Shown here one piece after another: positions 30,301 through 41,236 of a stretch of DNA of 64,000 bases. The notes under the pieces are model-generated. The model saw only the letters and a program-made list of their open reading frames with translations, was not told where the DNA came from and did no database searches. The stretch spans positions 62,001 through 126,000 of the forward strand of contig OZ025792.1 in the NCBI GenBank assembly GCA_964019425.1, read 5' to 3'. Numbering within the stretch: the stretch's first letter is position 1; the number at the start of each line of letters is the position of its first letter. Position numbers and translations under genes: made by a program. This DNA is from Flectonema sp. DT1601 (Eukaryota).

Positions 30301-32924
30301 GATATTTTATACCTCCTTGAGAGCCAGGGTAAATCAATAAAAATATCCACCAGTTGATGAGTTACTCCTTCAACATCATTATTATGACCTATTCTATTCG
30401 CTGTAAGAACTGCTCCTTCAGACAAGTTCACATTACCACTTAAAACAGTTCCTGAGGAATCTGTAAGCTGTAGATCAACGTCAGACATGTTGGATAGCTT
30501 TGCTACAGTTTTAATAATGTCAGATGTGTCGGTATTAGATATTGCAGTCATTTTATACTGTTTGTCATTCCAAGCAAGCCTTACTATAATATGAACAGAT
30601 TCACTTGATGAAGATCTCTGCTGAGTCTGTTCGCTAATCTTCTTAGCGATGAGAACATCTCCAGCTGAGAGATTAAAGTCTCCAGCCTTTTGATCATCTC
30701 TTAGGATAGTTCCAGTTGATGTAAATAGTTGTAAGTCAATCTCTAAAGTAGATGTTAGTTTCGCAATAGTCTTCAGAATAGAAGCAACATCAGTAGCAGT
30801 AAATACTGTCATTGAGTACTGTTTACTATCCCAAGGTACATTAACACGAATCTCAATAGAGTCTTGTTGTTGGTTCTGTTTTGGTTGTTGTTTCTGGCTG
30901 TCAATTATCTGCGCCCTCAACGTGCCTCCGGATTTCAGTCCGACTTCCTGCATCGTTTGGTCGTCACGAAGGGCGATTTCGTTTTCAGTGAAAAGCTGAA
31001 TTTGATTTTCAGGTTGTCCAGCAAGCTTTGCGGCTGTCTTTGTGATGTCAAGTACGTGTGTTGAAGGGTTTGCAGTCATGGGGTACCGAGCATTATTCCA
31101 ACTGAGTTCGATAGTAAACTGAATTGGCGAAGCAGTGACCGGCTCAGTTGCCGTTACTTGCTTTCCGATATTCTGAAGGGAGAGAACATCTCCTGCGGAA
31201 ACTGAAACGTCTTCGCAAGTTTGCTCTTCGCGTAGTATCATTCCATCGGATGTGAACAGTTGAAGATCTGCTTCTGTTTTTGAAGTTAATTTAGCACAGC
31301 CTGACAGAATGGATCCAACAGTAGTTGATTTGGTTGCGGACATTGAGAACTGTTTTTGGTTCATAAAAACAACCTTAACAGTAATTTCAAACTCATCCGC
31401 CGTCGAAGTCAAACTGCCCTGCCTGTCATATACGACTCTCTGAACAACTAAGACGTCGCCAGGGGATAGTTTAAAATTACTTCCTTGCTGGTCGTCTCTC
31501 AAAGCAACTTCTTTACTGCTGTACAATTGCATGTGTTCAGGGGGAGTGTCAACTACCTTAGAAAGAGTCTTTAGAATGCTGGAGACTTTTAACGTTTGGA
31601 GACTACCTTCTTTTAGGGTAAGCCTATGACGAAGGTTTTTCCATTTGATGTAAACAATGATCCCAGTCTTACCAGATGCTTGAAGGGTTTTTAACCAATT
31701 TAACTCACTAACTCTCTCTGGGTCATTATCAACAGTATCGACATCAGATAGTTGTTCAGGTGTGTATACAGTCACGGGAATCACTACTCTGTTTTGTTGA
31801 TCTGCTAGTGTCAGATGCTTTATCTCTGCTAATCGGTTCTCAGTCACTACTTCAATAAAAGTTCCTTGTCTTGCTTCAGCAGCTTCCTTCACCTTCATTA
31901 GGATTCGATCGTTCTCAGGCAAGTCATAATTCTCCTCCGAAAGCCCCTGAAGTGATCTCGCTTGAATTCCAAACCCTGACGGACATTTAAACAAACCTGA
32001 GATAGATGCCAACGCCACGCAGTGAGTCACTCTTCCGTAAGGACTAATTGAATGTACTGCTGTGTCACTTATTATGAGTGTGTTGCCATTTTGAAGAGAG
32101 GATGTGTAGTGCACTGCAGGGACTGATCTTGGAGGCCATCCCCCTGAGAGAGCAGGTATTAGTCGCTTTATTGAACGAGGTACTTCAATGAAAGGAAGCC
32201 TTGTGAGAGGAGATACCTGCATTTCTTCAACTACCACGGGAACCATCGCAACAGGTAATTCTTGAGAACGTGGTTGGCTAGAGTCGCGAACAACCCAATC
32301 AGAAGAAAGATCTTCCTGTTGATATTGAGGATGAATGCCGTAGCGCTCTCGAAGCTGAAATTGATCTTCTCTCGGGTTTGGACTCAATGAGGCTTTCTTA
32401 TCATCAAAGTAACCAGCAGGACTTGTTACTTTTGCATTAATATTTACATTCGATGAAATCTCTTGTAACCGTCTGGGGACTGGTGGAAGACTCGGGCTCC
32501 GCCTATTCTGAACAAACGGCGATGGGGGTTTTGGAGCTGGCGGAGGAGGAGGCGGAGTCAAAGCCACGTCTCGATCAGACTCCTCATAGCGAATCCTCGC
32601 AGCTGGGGATTGGGACATTCTTGGTGAAAGACTTCGGTAGGTCTGCCCTCTTTTTGGTGTCTTTTTTGTCGGTCTGGCACTCGTTACTGCGCTCATTACT
32701 AAAATAAATATGTCCAACTTAATATCTGGACCTTTCAAAGCAACCATTAATCTATCTATCAAATCTCTACTGTTCTCCTTATCTGCGACGTTAAAGAATC
32801 CTAACTGTAGGAGTGCAGATGACAGTCCGACCCTGTCGAGAACTCTCCCCTTTTCTTTATCATTCTTCGCATAGTTATTAAATACGCGTAGAAGGGCTTT
32901 ACGCTTCGCGTCCTCCCCGTTCAT
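27378..32924 (-). CDS. 1848-aa protein with EF-hand-like N-terminus, PH-like segment, ~11 tandem ubiquitin-like domains and disordered tail
   Basis: A ~80-90 aa unit repeats about 11 times between ~31670 and ~28930: hydrophobic beta-strand, PW, ...ILKT(I/A)AKL..., LQLFT...LRDDQ...LSxGDVL. Confidence 0.8.
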   Translation of the reverse strand: MNGEDAKRKALLRVFNNYAKNDKEKGRVLDRVGLSSALLQLGFFNVADKENSRDLIDRLMVALKGPDIKLDIFILVMSAVTSARPTKKTPKRGQTYRSLSPRMSQSPAARIRYEESDRDVALTPPPPPPAPKPPSPFVQNRRSPSLPPVPRRLQEISSNVNINAKVTSPAGYFDDKKASLSPNPREDQFQLRERYGIHPQYQQEDLSSDWVVRDSSQPRSQELPVAMVPVVVEEMQVSPLTRLPFIEVPRSIKRLIPALSGGWPPRSVPAVHYTSSLQNGNTLIISDTAVHSISPYGRVTHCVALASISGLFKCPSGFGIQARSLQGLSEENYDLPENDRILMKVKEAAEARQGTFIEVVTENRLAEIKHLTLADQQNRVVIPVTVYTPEQLSDVDTVDNDPERVSELNWLKTLQASGKTGIIVYIKWKNLRHRLTLKEGSLQTLKVSSILKTLSKVVDTPPEHMQLYSSKEVALRDDQQGSNFKLSPGDVLVVQRVVYDRQGSLTSTADEFEITVKVVFMNQKQFSMSATKSTTVGSILSGCAKLTSKTEADLQLFTSDGMILREEQTCEDVSVSAGDVLSLQNIGKQVTATEPVTASPIQFTIELSWNNARYPMTANPSTHVLDITKTAAKLAGQPENQIQLFTENEIALRDDQTMQEVGLKSGGTLRAQIIDSQKQQPKQNQQQDSIEIRVNVPWDSKQYSMTVFTATDVASILKTIAKLTSTLEIDLQLFTSTGTILRDDQKAGDFNLSAGDVLIAKKISEQTQQRSSSSESVHIIVRLAWNDKQYKMTAISNTDTSDIIKTVAKLSNMSDVDLQLTDSSGTVLSGNVNLSEGAVLTANRIGHNNDVEGVTHQLVDIFIDLPWLSRRYKISTQLTNTVQEIINSLCCQTGNSVEPNLSLRTSDGIVLQPSQMGTSFGIVNGMILTGEQDSPPETQISLIVVTPWATQQQHRISVTSNTTIKEVIDEVCGKISAEEGSIELTKSSSVLSEDQKICNFEIHGGDVILAQQKSAISSQFEVTVVVPWADSNNKHVVLVKKSQLVSSVVTMVATLLKVVPEYIQLSSSNNLLESDQILSNLNISKNDILVVTCSKSFDIVISIPWLQTHVTTPARYNQSIGSIAESVPVAGLVRLLRNKHLLDPQESIYSSNISPGDVLTAQESTEQHKAIDIVILCPWLNGDKQQVVISINNKLSVRELFESVRRINEAGETSELSRNNESFVLNNQTESNQITLQPGDIITAKKPSHNDGGNFFLYVPWEGKKFKMSSGSAANLQDTRVKSLRDTASGLLNIPLERLELITQSGKKLTDNETGKDFNLSHNDVITIRSSDINVTESPEARWQPELKTPSTNAIVLTASHSPQRFTGQTQQSVNNSISAVDSPGSGMKLKVPSLRNPSNSGGAAAVVESVSERGDEIATKLFSTANNTPIRKPTRDPPKPPAAAAARDTIQVGNMPTPVSKHPPGVTIEVATARQFSSSLDSFSPQSSIKTRPQNEVDSRSNTAHTHPGPPPGFQQTPIFGNFQQHLPEETPSGNTIHFDLSDQRSTRTPVKKQPLQPLPLLPTTPFCIKVNEVVERSAEGTPQEAVSVWAQHYPAQQRRESQPAQAQVDFASPTPLQNNIADYQQNQPVYQPTEQFTDNQLISQQQVAYQQQEFISQQQPNAAHQFGNPTNVEIYERQQHQQQQLVAQLEELREQNEAYRRNSRVSGRESPTTQAPVDAMQKVELSLRGSSPALTIDQLQTRGSSPGDCVDGSGSSLQRGPPILTPSVGLGRRRISRPHHHHTLNTNFVTPSRHPLSMPSSVVASPSTRFREPEVTQNMHFRSLPVSSLPESDSDFGIVGKRVLEF

Positions 32925-34388
32925 ATAAATAACTTATTCACGTCTGCGCATATAACGAACAGGGGTACCTGACCAAAGAATAATAATAATTCTCGTGAAG
33001 ATAAAGTAGACCTCAAACTAGGAGTGTCATAAATAGATTTTATGACTGAAAACTGTCACCACAACTTTTATTTGCTGCAAACTTAAATTTAGCAGCAGTC
33101 TATTTTATTTCCCCCCCGCCCCCCTCTTTCCGTTTCGAATGGGTGTTTTTGCTGAGACTAAGAGCAACATATATATAATCACGATAGTAAGACGAAAACA
33201 ACAGAGGTACAAACAAATATAATGCTCTCTCTCACCAGTATTTGGCAATCGATTTTGCAAATACTCACAGACAGCTGTGAAAAGTTTAGGGGCTCGAGTG
33301 TGGACAACCGCAGCAGAGCAACCTGAGAATTTAAATTACAGAAAACAAAAAAGAACTGCTATGTACAAAAAAAAAAAAAAAAAAAGATTGACCGCTACGC
33401 AGTCGTGAGACCAGACTTTGCGATTTACGTAATCCAAGATTGCAGTTGTGATAAAATACCAAGCTAATTGAATGTGCTTCATTAATGTCTGGAATATAAG
33501 TTTAACAACGAACCAACAGGTAAACTGTTATACAGCAGCAAAGCAGCCAAATTTTTTTAATAAAAAAAAAACGAAAACGAATGAAAAAAACAAAATGCCA
33601 CACACCACTATTACCATTGTACTCGTTTAAAAAAAAAAAAAAAGGAAAAGGGAAAAATGGAAAAAAGTAGTCACTATTGCTAATGGATTGGCTTTCCTCC
33701 GCAGTACAATTTTGCAAAGTTTCAGTTGGTTGGAAAGAAAAAAAAAAAAAAAAAATCCCTTTTCGTAATTTAAGGATATATTATGTAGCTGCCCAAACAG
33801 GTCATAGCTACAAACCCAATCAAACAAAGAAGGGTCAAAAAAAAAAATTAAAAAAAACAAACAAAAGCAAACGTATTTTTTTTTTTTATGTAGGAACGAA
33901 AGGGAGTACGAAACAAGGAAGGGTGATGAGGAGTCGAATAGATAATTAGATTTTATAGTGTTCCCGCTGTAGCGGGAAGTGAATCCTAAAAACAAACTCC
34001 GACTTCGGGAAATCAACTATTTCATTCTCAATACCAATAGAAAGAATAGTTGTGATAATACACAATTGTGGGGGAGATTTAATACGATACGAAAAGGGGA
34101 AGGGGGGGTGCACAGATATCTTTGTGTAATCTGATAATTATAGAGTGATCGTTCTCACAAAATTAAAAGTAAAGCAACAAATCACTATTTAAATACTTTA
34201 ATTGCACTGCGTATGCATATTGCCTACACTTCGTGATGTTCGGTAAGCCAAGTGTCACTCGCACAATGTCGGGTAAAAAAAACAATAATGATTTTATAAC
34301 TATTTCGTTTTCTTTTCTTCCTTAGCTACCAACTGAATGAAACCAATCTGTTAGCAGGCAAGTCGAAATCAGCGGTGTTAGTGAAGTG

Positions 34389-36419
34389 TTATATTTCATC
34401 AAAACAAGCGGAGAAATCGAAAGGCATAGGTTCAGTAAGACCATTCGGAGAGTCCAATTGTACTTCTATTGTCATCGTAACAGGCTCACCAGGTACAATC
34501 TGACGAGTAACTCTATTCGGGGAGTCGTTTGAATGCGGGGGTGAGGCAGAGACGCGTGCAGGGGAGCCAGTGCCACCTTGTGCAGCGCGTTCCCAACGAA
34601 GTCGGAGATCTTCTTCCTGTTGTTTGAGTCGCTGCTCCATTGATGTGACGTCAGCTACTTCGACTGAACGGCGAGGAGGTGAAAAAGATGACCTGTACCC
34701 TCCCATTCCCTGGCTCTGAGGAGATATTGGATTCGCTAACTGTGAAGGAGGACGAGGATATTGATACGTGTGATACGAACCAGGTGAGGCATCTCTGGTT
34801 CTTTGTTGAGATTCATAGCTTCGAGTACTTCCATTTCCACTGTAAGGATCTTCATTGTAGGAATCACCATTGAGATGCTGTAGAGTCCTCGTGGCTCGGG
34901 GATCACCACCACCAGAAGCTTGCCTCAGATATTTAATACCACTTGTTGGATCAAGTGCATACCCATGAGAACCTTCCAACAACTTGTGACCCAAATCACT
35001 ACACGCCTCATAATGTGACGGGTGGTTCGGACTATCCGCAGCACGCTGTAAGAACTGTGCCAGATCAACTTCTCCTTCTCCCTGCTGCGATTCATAATTA
35101 TTAGAAAATGAAGGCTCTCTGTAGGATTGCACAACAGGGTTACCGAATTTGACACTTTGCCCAGGACCCTGAACACTCGATGCGCTCATCTGATTCTCTT
35201 CCTCTGAACGATCTGAAGAAGTTGGGTAACGTGGTTCACTTTTTACAGGCGGAGGAGCAAAACTGCTGTCCTGAAAAGCTGCGTTCACGATATCTGTCGA
35301 ATTGCCAAGTTCTGGACCAACGCTGGAGGACGGCATTTGTTTTGCAGATTCAAACTTCTGAGGAGGAGGTTCCGAAGCGGAGGGATACACGCCAGGCGAA
35401 GCTGGCTGACTCTGTAGCGGAGATGCAACTGGAGATCCCGCCGGTAGACTTGGCAACGTCTGAGGAGATTGAGTCGTCGCATATGTTTGCGGGAAACTCT
35501 GATCAGCTGCCGGATGCTGCGCCCCTGCTGCAGTACCTGGTGGCGCGGTTGCCACAGGAGATGAGGGAAACGACGGAGGTAGGGGCTGCTGTGGTATTGC
35601 AGGTCCATCTCTCTTCCGTTGCATACTTTCCATTTTTACCCTCTCAAACTTATCCTTTGTTCTTTCATAACCAGGTGCTTTCTTTATTCTTGCGGTGTTC
35701 TTTAATGATGCTCCATCTTCCCATCGTACTGGCAACACGCCTAATTGGTTCATCGCAAATACAGTTTTTATCGTTTCTCCCAACTGAGTTACAGCTTCCC
35801 TAGTTGGAGGAGTATCATTATATTGAGAGACTACATGACGGAGGAGGATGTCATGCTCTCCAGAGCCAGGCTTTGTTTTGATTAACGTAAGGAAGCCAGT
35901 AGAAGAACCTTGATGGACAACTTCTCCGATTTCACGAATTGGTAAAATCCGTCTAATACTTGAATTTACACCACAAAGAAGGAGATATTCTCTAGCAACG
36001 CATAACACTCTCTTTTGATCTCTTCCACCTGCACTAATCTTTTCAAAAAAACGAACATACATAAGAGTTCCCCCATGAGTATTAAAGTGAGTCAGTAAAG
36101 GTGGTACTTTAAACGGTGGTAGTGTTGGTGATTTCGGATTATTAGGAGGCGCAACTGGAAGTACTTCGATGTTGAGGGCTAGATTTCCGCTTGCCTTTGC
36201 CATCTCTACCTGTTCATGTAACTTGTTAACGTCAGTGATTGGCTGACCGTTAACACTTTTAATTGCTCCTGGAGTTATGCCAGATCGCTTTGCTGCAGAG
36301 TTTTCTACAGTTCCAGTGACGAACACCTCATTACCATAATCTCTGAAGTCTATTCCAATTGGTTCTCTTGGGTTTTGTAGATGAAGTGTGTACGTCTTAG
36401 TTTGTAGCTGTGGATCCAT
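34389..36419 (-). CDS. PDZ + PH-like domain protein with Pro/Ser-rich region and a Sel1-like repeat
   Basis: PDZ: EPIGIDF...VFVTGTVENSAAKRSGITPGAIKSVNGQPI. PH-like: EKISAGGRDQKRVLCV. Sel1-like: LGHKLLEGSHGYALDPTSGIKYLRQAS. Confidence 0.75.
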   Translation of the reverse strand: MDPQLQTKTYTLHLQNPREPIGIDFRDYGNEVFVTGTVENSAAKRSGITPGAIKSVNGQPITDVNKLHEQVEMAKASGNLALNIEVLPVAPPNNPKSPTLPPFKVPPLLTHFNTHGGTLMYVRFFEKISAGGRDQKRVLCVAREYLLLCGVNSSIRRILPIREIGEVVHQGSSTGFLTLIKTKPGSGEHDILLRHVVSQYNDTPPTREAVTQLGETIKTVFAMNQLGVLPVRWEDGASLKNTARIKKAPGYERTKDKFERVKMESMQRKRDGPAIPQQPLPPSFPSSPVATAPPGTAAGAQHPAADQSFPQTYATTQSPQTLPSLPAGSPVASPLQSQPASPGVYPSASEPPPQKFESAKQMPSSSVGPELGNSTDIVNAAFQDSSFAPPPVKSEPRYPTSSDRSEEENQMSASSVQGPGQSVKFGNPVVQSYREPSFSNNYESQQGEGEVDLAQFLQRAADSPNHPSHYEACSDLGHKLLEGSHGYALDPTSGIKYLRQASGGGDPRATRTLQHLNGDSYNEDPYSGNGSTRSYESQQRTRDASPGSYHTYQYPRPPSQLANPISPQSQGMGGYRSSFSPPRRSVEVADVTSMEQRLKQQEEDLRLRWERAAQGGTGSPARVSASPPHSNDSPNRVTRQIVPGEPVTMTIEVQLDSPNGLTEPMPFDFSACFDEI

Positions 36420-36682
36420 GATGACTGTTGGGGGACCTCACCCCTTCTCCGTAGGGAGAAACAATACTTCTGTGAGGGTGGGAAATAGAGTTACTGATTA
36501 CAGACATTGTACCATACACAAAAACAGAGAAATGTTATATTCACTCAAAGTAATAAGTAGTCCGCGCAAAAAATAAATTAGTTCGGTCAGACTGTGTCCC
36601 CCTCGTGACTAGTTAGTACGTCGTGGGGACGAATATCAATTCGTTGACATCGCAGAATGGAATGACACAATCAGTAATGTGT

Positions 36683-36982
36683 TTACTGTTTGGTAGTTAG
36701 ATATTTCCAAGATTTTAATAAAATAATTGACACGACCGGTACAAACACAAGACCATTAGCGTCAAGGAACTCCATCCTCCACAGTACCCAATTCCAAATA
36801 GGACTAATCGTGTATCTTAATAGTGAGCGAAGGTTTGCTCGGTGAACTCCACTATCGTCTCGGCGTATCCAAATGTTTTTCAAACCTGGATGGGATTCAA
36901 GGTATAGCCCAAACAGAGCGAATGATACCATGCAAGCTACAACATGTGGTTTCTTAATATTCATGTTAATCGCTAAAGTCAT
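36683..36982 (-). CDS. Small hypothetical membrane protein
   Basis: 99-codon ATG ORF on the coding strand with hydrophobic segments and a CAG acceptor upstream. Confidence 0.55.
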   Translation of the reverse strand: MTLAINMNIKKPHVVACMVSFALFGLYLESHPGLKNIWIRRDDSGVHRANLRSLLRYTISPIWNWVLWRMEFLDANGLVFVPVVSIILLKSWKYLTTKQ

Positions 36983-37538
36983 TTATTTTATTGTGTCGGG
37001 TCCTGAAAAAATAAAACAAAAAAAATTCACTAAATTCATCTTTCGGTTAATATCGTAATTAACGTCGATTGCCTTTATTTTTTTCATTTTTTTTTTTTTT
37101 TCCTTTCTCTTTTCCCCCTTACCTCATATCTTAATGAATATTACATTTGGGGGTCCATAACTTCCATAAAGTTTGTTGCTGAAAAGGACAACTCGCGTCT
37201 ATCATGTTGGTATCGTTACGTTACTTCCTCACATAACATGTTTGGTTGTCATGAAGGGTGACATCTTCTTTCGTAAGGTGTGAAGTGATTTCACAATTAC
37301 GCAACACACATTTAAGGGTAGAACACCAACCTACTTCTGACTGTCTTGTTATTATTAAGATGACCAAGTCTGTTGCTAAGAGATATTATGATCACTCATA
37401 ACGCATTTCATTTTTTGATAGCTAGTCAGCACTGAGTCAACAGATCAGTAGTAGAAACCAGTAACCCTATTAGATTTATTCCATTGATTTGAATGGGGAC
37501 GTGGCTGCTGCCACCACAAGATTGGAAATCCGATAACG

Positions 37539-38004
37539 TTACGTTCTGTAGTGTGGGACCTGTTTTTGTGTTTTCACTTTTGCAACAGACACAATAATTT
37601 AAATACTTCACCTTCCAGTAGTCCAATACATACCTGAAGTCATGACGGATTTGGCTCTCTCGAATCTGACGTTTCTTGTCCAAGATCGGCTTTCCACGCT
37701 CGTCAACCTTCACACCAACGTACTTAAATTTATAAGGATCTAAGAATGGTCTGAATCTCTTAGCATGTATTGGAGTTCCCAGGTATGAATCCGCTTTTCT
37801 TTGTGGTGCTCCTCCGTATGCTTCCCACTTCGTCTGTTGAGAAGCAGGACCACCGTGAGTTCTGATACTAGCGAAATGAGACCACGACAACAACATTGCT
37901 TTCTTACCATCTTTGAAACCTCTTCTCTGTTCTGTTAACGCACTCAGTGATCCACCACTTGCCTTACCTGCACCTCTCATCGCTTGGGCTGCTGTGCGAA
38001 GCAT
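37539..38004 (-). CDS. Probable mitochondrial basic protein (2 exons predicted)
   Basis: The N-terminus MLRTAAQAMR...QRRGF resembles a mitochondrial presequence. A predicted 52-nt GT-AG intron (37560-37611) gives the ending YWKVPHYRT*. The unspliced ORF would end at 37426. Confidence 0.6.
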
Positions 38005-38252
38005 TACTGCAACCCGTTCCTGAGCACTAAAGAATTAAATATAAATAACATCAAAACACTAAACACGATTTGAAATGTCTCTCTGAATATCAGAAAGGCC
38101 GGAAGGGTATCTTCGGGTTGAATGAATTCAATAAAAAGTACAAATCCATTCGCACCTTAAATATAAATTCAGACTAGTGCTTCCGGAGGTGTTTACTACA
38201 CTACAAGAAGTGAGAAGCTGGTAGATCACAACTACTAACAAACAGCATGCTA

Positions 38253-38534
38253 TCATTCTTTTCGAGTGCTCACTTCTCGTACCATACCTCCGATTGCCTG
38301 AAGCGCCATCGACTGGGCCTGTTGAATTGCCTCCATTTCTTCTATTTTTTCGATTAACTTATCCATCTTTTCATTCAAGGATCCTCCTCCAATGTCAGCA
38401 GCGAGCATTTCATACCTCACAATTGAAATTAAAAATAACAAAGTCATCAGGGAAACTGCGAACCCCAACATCACCGTCATCTTCTGAGTGCGTTTCTCTG
38501 ACGCTGTTGGTTGTGGTTTAGATGTGGGAGACAT
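38253..38534 (-). CDS. Small single-pass membrane protein with coiled coil
   Basis: TM segment VMLGFAVSLMTLLFLISIV followed by heptads. A CAG acceptor lies upstream. Confidence 0.65.
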   Translation of the reverse strand: MSPTSKPQPTASEKRTQKMTVMLGFAVSLMTLLFLISIVRYEMLAADIGGGSLNEKMDKLIEKIEEMEAIQQAQSMALQAIGGMVREVSTRKE

Positions 38535-38708
38535 TCTGTTTTACCTGAATGAAAGAAGATAATATTCCTCTTAAAACAATAGCTTCTTTGCAACTCTAAC
38601 ATTAACAACTTCCCGCTGGACTGATGAGTTCAGAGGACAAGTGATTCTCGTTAACATCATTCTTATATGGAGGACTAATTATGTGAATCAAAGGCCGAGT
38701 CTCGTAAC

Positions 38709-39368
38709 TCAAATCGTGTGAAAGAGTTCTGAGAAGGAGTCGACAGTCTGAGCCCCTGACAGGACTGCCGGTTCTGTTTGAATATCTGACGTGAATTCCA
38801 TGTGAGGAATTGATTTTATGTTTTCTAAATTAAATTTGTGTTTATCTTCAACATTTTGAACAAGAGAATCTGATAATAAGAAATCGTTTATTCCCTCAGT
38901 TGATATACCGGCTTGGGTAAGAGCTGAGATGAGGACAGACGCTTCACTAATATTCTGATTCTCATTGAGATATATGTGGAACAGTACCTCCATTAGTTCG
39001 TTTTGCTTCTCTGCGCCGTAAACGTTTAGAACGTGCCACAGTAGTCGGTGGCCTAACATAGAATGACTTAACATGGTACCCTCTCTCCAAGTCATTTCTA
39101 TGTCGAGGTCTCGTCCATACTTCTTTACTTTGGTGTCGGGATCGGTCAGGAGCTTCTTCGCATTCTTCTTTCCGAATGCTCTCGTGTAGAACTTTAGTTT
39201 ATCAGTTCCAGAGATTGGGATATCTTTATATAAAAAATAAGGATGCCATCTCATCTCTATGACAACACCAGCCTGTTTAGAAGCAGCTGCAATTCCTCTC
39301 TTTGCCACCCAACACCAGGGGCATAATATATCCGACGTTATGTTTGCGACTATCTTTCGAGGTGTCAT
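38709..39368 (-). CDS. DsbA-family (FrnE-like) thioredoxin-fold oxidoreductase
   Basis: SDILCPWCWVAK, WHPYFL, cis-Pro loop IKSIPH and terminal LSGAQ. Confidence 0.88.
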   Translation of the reverse strand: MTPRKIVANITSDILCPWCWVAKRGIAAASKQAGVVIEMRWHPYFLYKDIPISGTDKLKFYTRAFGKKNAKKLLTDPDTKVKKYGRDLDIEMTWREGTMLSHSMLGHRLLWHVLNVYGAEKQNELMEVLFHIYLNENQNISEASVLISALTQAGISTEGINDFLLSDSLVQNVEDKHKFNLENIKSIPHMEFTSDIQTEPAVLSGAQTVDSFSELFHTI

Positions 39369-39795
39369 GTTTTATGAGATACCTGATGCAGAGTTTATTG
39401 TGAATAACCGAAGAGTTCATTGTCATCGTAGCTGTGCATTTTCCTTACGACTCAAATGGTCACAGAGAAGACAAGCGGCTTCCTAATATGTGCGATTGTC
39501 CGCGTTGTTACGCGAATCAATTATTGTGACAAGAAAAGAAAAAAAAAGATGAAAACTCATATCGTTCTCTTGTCACGGGGGATGTGATAAACAAAAACTG
39601 GTTAGCATTCTTACGAACTTCTGACACATTGCAAACTCGTAGAGCTGGCGACATGCCAGCTCAGAGCTGAATAACCATCAGGTTGACCGAGATAATTAAA
39701 AAAGTTAACTCTGGCAATCATCCAACACAGGTTTCTTAAAGTATTTCCCTTTTTGTTAGTCAGAACAGAATCTTTGGCTCGCAAAGAGATGCTGC

Positions 39796-40869
39796 TCATC
39801 CTGTTTTCCTCCTTTTCGTAAAGTGTTTGTCCCACGCAGGGGATGAGAATGAGTAGAAAGCTGTCATTTCATCACACATTACAGGAGAGACTGACATATG
39901 CTTTTGAATAGTTTTGCGGATTAGCAAGTCATCCGACAGAGAGGCGAAGTCTGTTTTCGAAAGGAACGCTTCCGTCTTTTTCTGACGCTTTATAGAATCT
40001 GCGTCTTGGTAACGGGTACCTGCCACGTCGTGATTGCATTGGACTAAGAAGCTCCAAGGTTTTGATGATAATTTCCGTGTTAGCGATTTGACCTTTCCTC
40101 GCTGAATGACAAGTCCTTCTTTCTTATTACACATTAAGAAATAGACTGATGCACATAAAGGACGTTGGCTGAGCATTTCGACTGCCTTTTCATACGTTGG
40201 GCATGTGATGATGACTTGTCTGAGGAATGAGGCGACTGGAATGTGTTTCTTCTTTGTTAATACTGTCACAGCTGATTTAAACTTTGCTGCAAGAGATGCC
40301 TCGATAGCTGCTTCAGTAGTCAACTTTCCCTCATTCAATTCTGGTCTGTGATTCATTGCTATTGAGAAGCCGTTAGCGTGACTCACTCCCGTCGTGCATC
40401 CCACTAGTCCCATGAAAGATGGGCACTCAGCTACGAGTTTTCCTTCTTTCATGAACTGTACGTTCATAACTAGATTTGATAGTGACGAGTCCCAGTCAAG
40501 AGTTCGAGCTAATAGTGGACCTGCTTTCGTTTGAAGTAAAATTGAAGTACAGCCAGCACATGCTAACTCGTACTCCATTTGACCCAAAACTAATATCTTT
40601 GTATCAACTTTTAGAGCTTCTGCCAACCCGTCTACCTCTTCGACCATTTCACCAAGTCCATGCTCTGTCATGCATTCTCTCCAGGTCTTTTCCATTGCAG
40701 TCATTCCCTTCTTCCCAACCTTTTTCGCAGCCTGCTTCACCTGAGACAGTAATATCTTTAATTCCTTTCGATACGCTTCTACGCTCTCTTTCCATCGATC
40801 TGATGGGGGGAGGTCTAAATCGATAACAACGTCCTTGGCCTTCACATATGGAGACTTGGCTTGAGGCAT
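39796..40869 (-). CDS. Acid ceramidase / NAAA-like Ntn hydrolase
   Basis: IDLDLPPSDRW, YEL...GCTS (nucleophile Cys), ARTLDW and LVQCNHD. Confidence 0.88.
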   Translation of the reverse strand: MPQAKSPYVKAKDVVIDLDLPPSDRWKESVEAYRKELKILLSQVKQAAKKVGKKGMTAMEKTWRECMTEHGLGEMVEEVDGLAEALKVDTKILVLGQMEYELACAGCTSILLQTKAGPLLARTLDWDSSLSNLVMNVQFMKEGKLVAECPSFMGLVGCTTGVSHANGFSIAMNHRPELNEGKLTTEAAIEASLAAKFKSAVTVLTKKKHIPVASFLRQVIITCPTYEKAVEMLSQRPLCASVYFLMCNKKEGLVIQRGKVKSLTRKLSSKPWSFLVQCNHDVAGTRYQDADSIKRQKKTEAFLSKTDFASLSDDLLIRKTIQKHMSVSPVMCDEMTAFYSFSSPAWDKHFTKRRKTG

Positions 40870-41236
40870 ACTAGAGACCTGGTAATATATTAAATTATAT
40901 TTTCTTACTATTTATCCACCAAAAAGTACTCACGGAAATCTTTAGTTAACGAGACCCGAACGACTCTTAATGACCTGTGAATTGAACACGAAAAATAAAT
41001 TTCGGAAAATATCCTTGAGCGGATAAAAGAAAACTAATACACGAGAGAAGGAAATACAATGTGAAAGGGAACAAAAAGATTCTCATTCAACAAACAACTG
41101 CTGAATGACGACAATATGAAAACAACAATAGAAGTATTTGCAGGGAGTTGAGGGAGACTCCAGAAACTAACTTCTTGGCTACGTCGTACAAACTGGTGAA
41201 TTTAAAAACAACAACCATCAGAGAAGTGTGCAGGTC

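Noticed and set aside
33502..34016. Phe/Lys-rich short ORFs (similar ones at 15678-15869, 50425-50785, 53249-53437, 55209-55460 and 59194-59445)
   Set aside because: They are translations of intergenic A/T homopolymer tracts.
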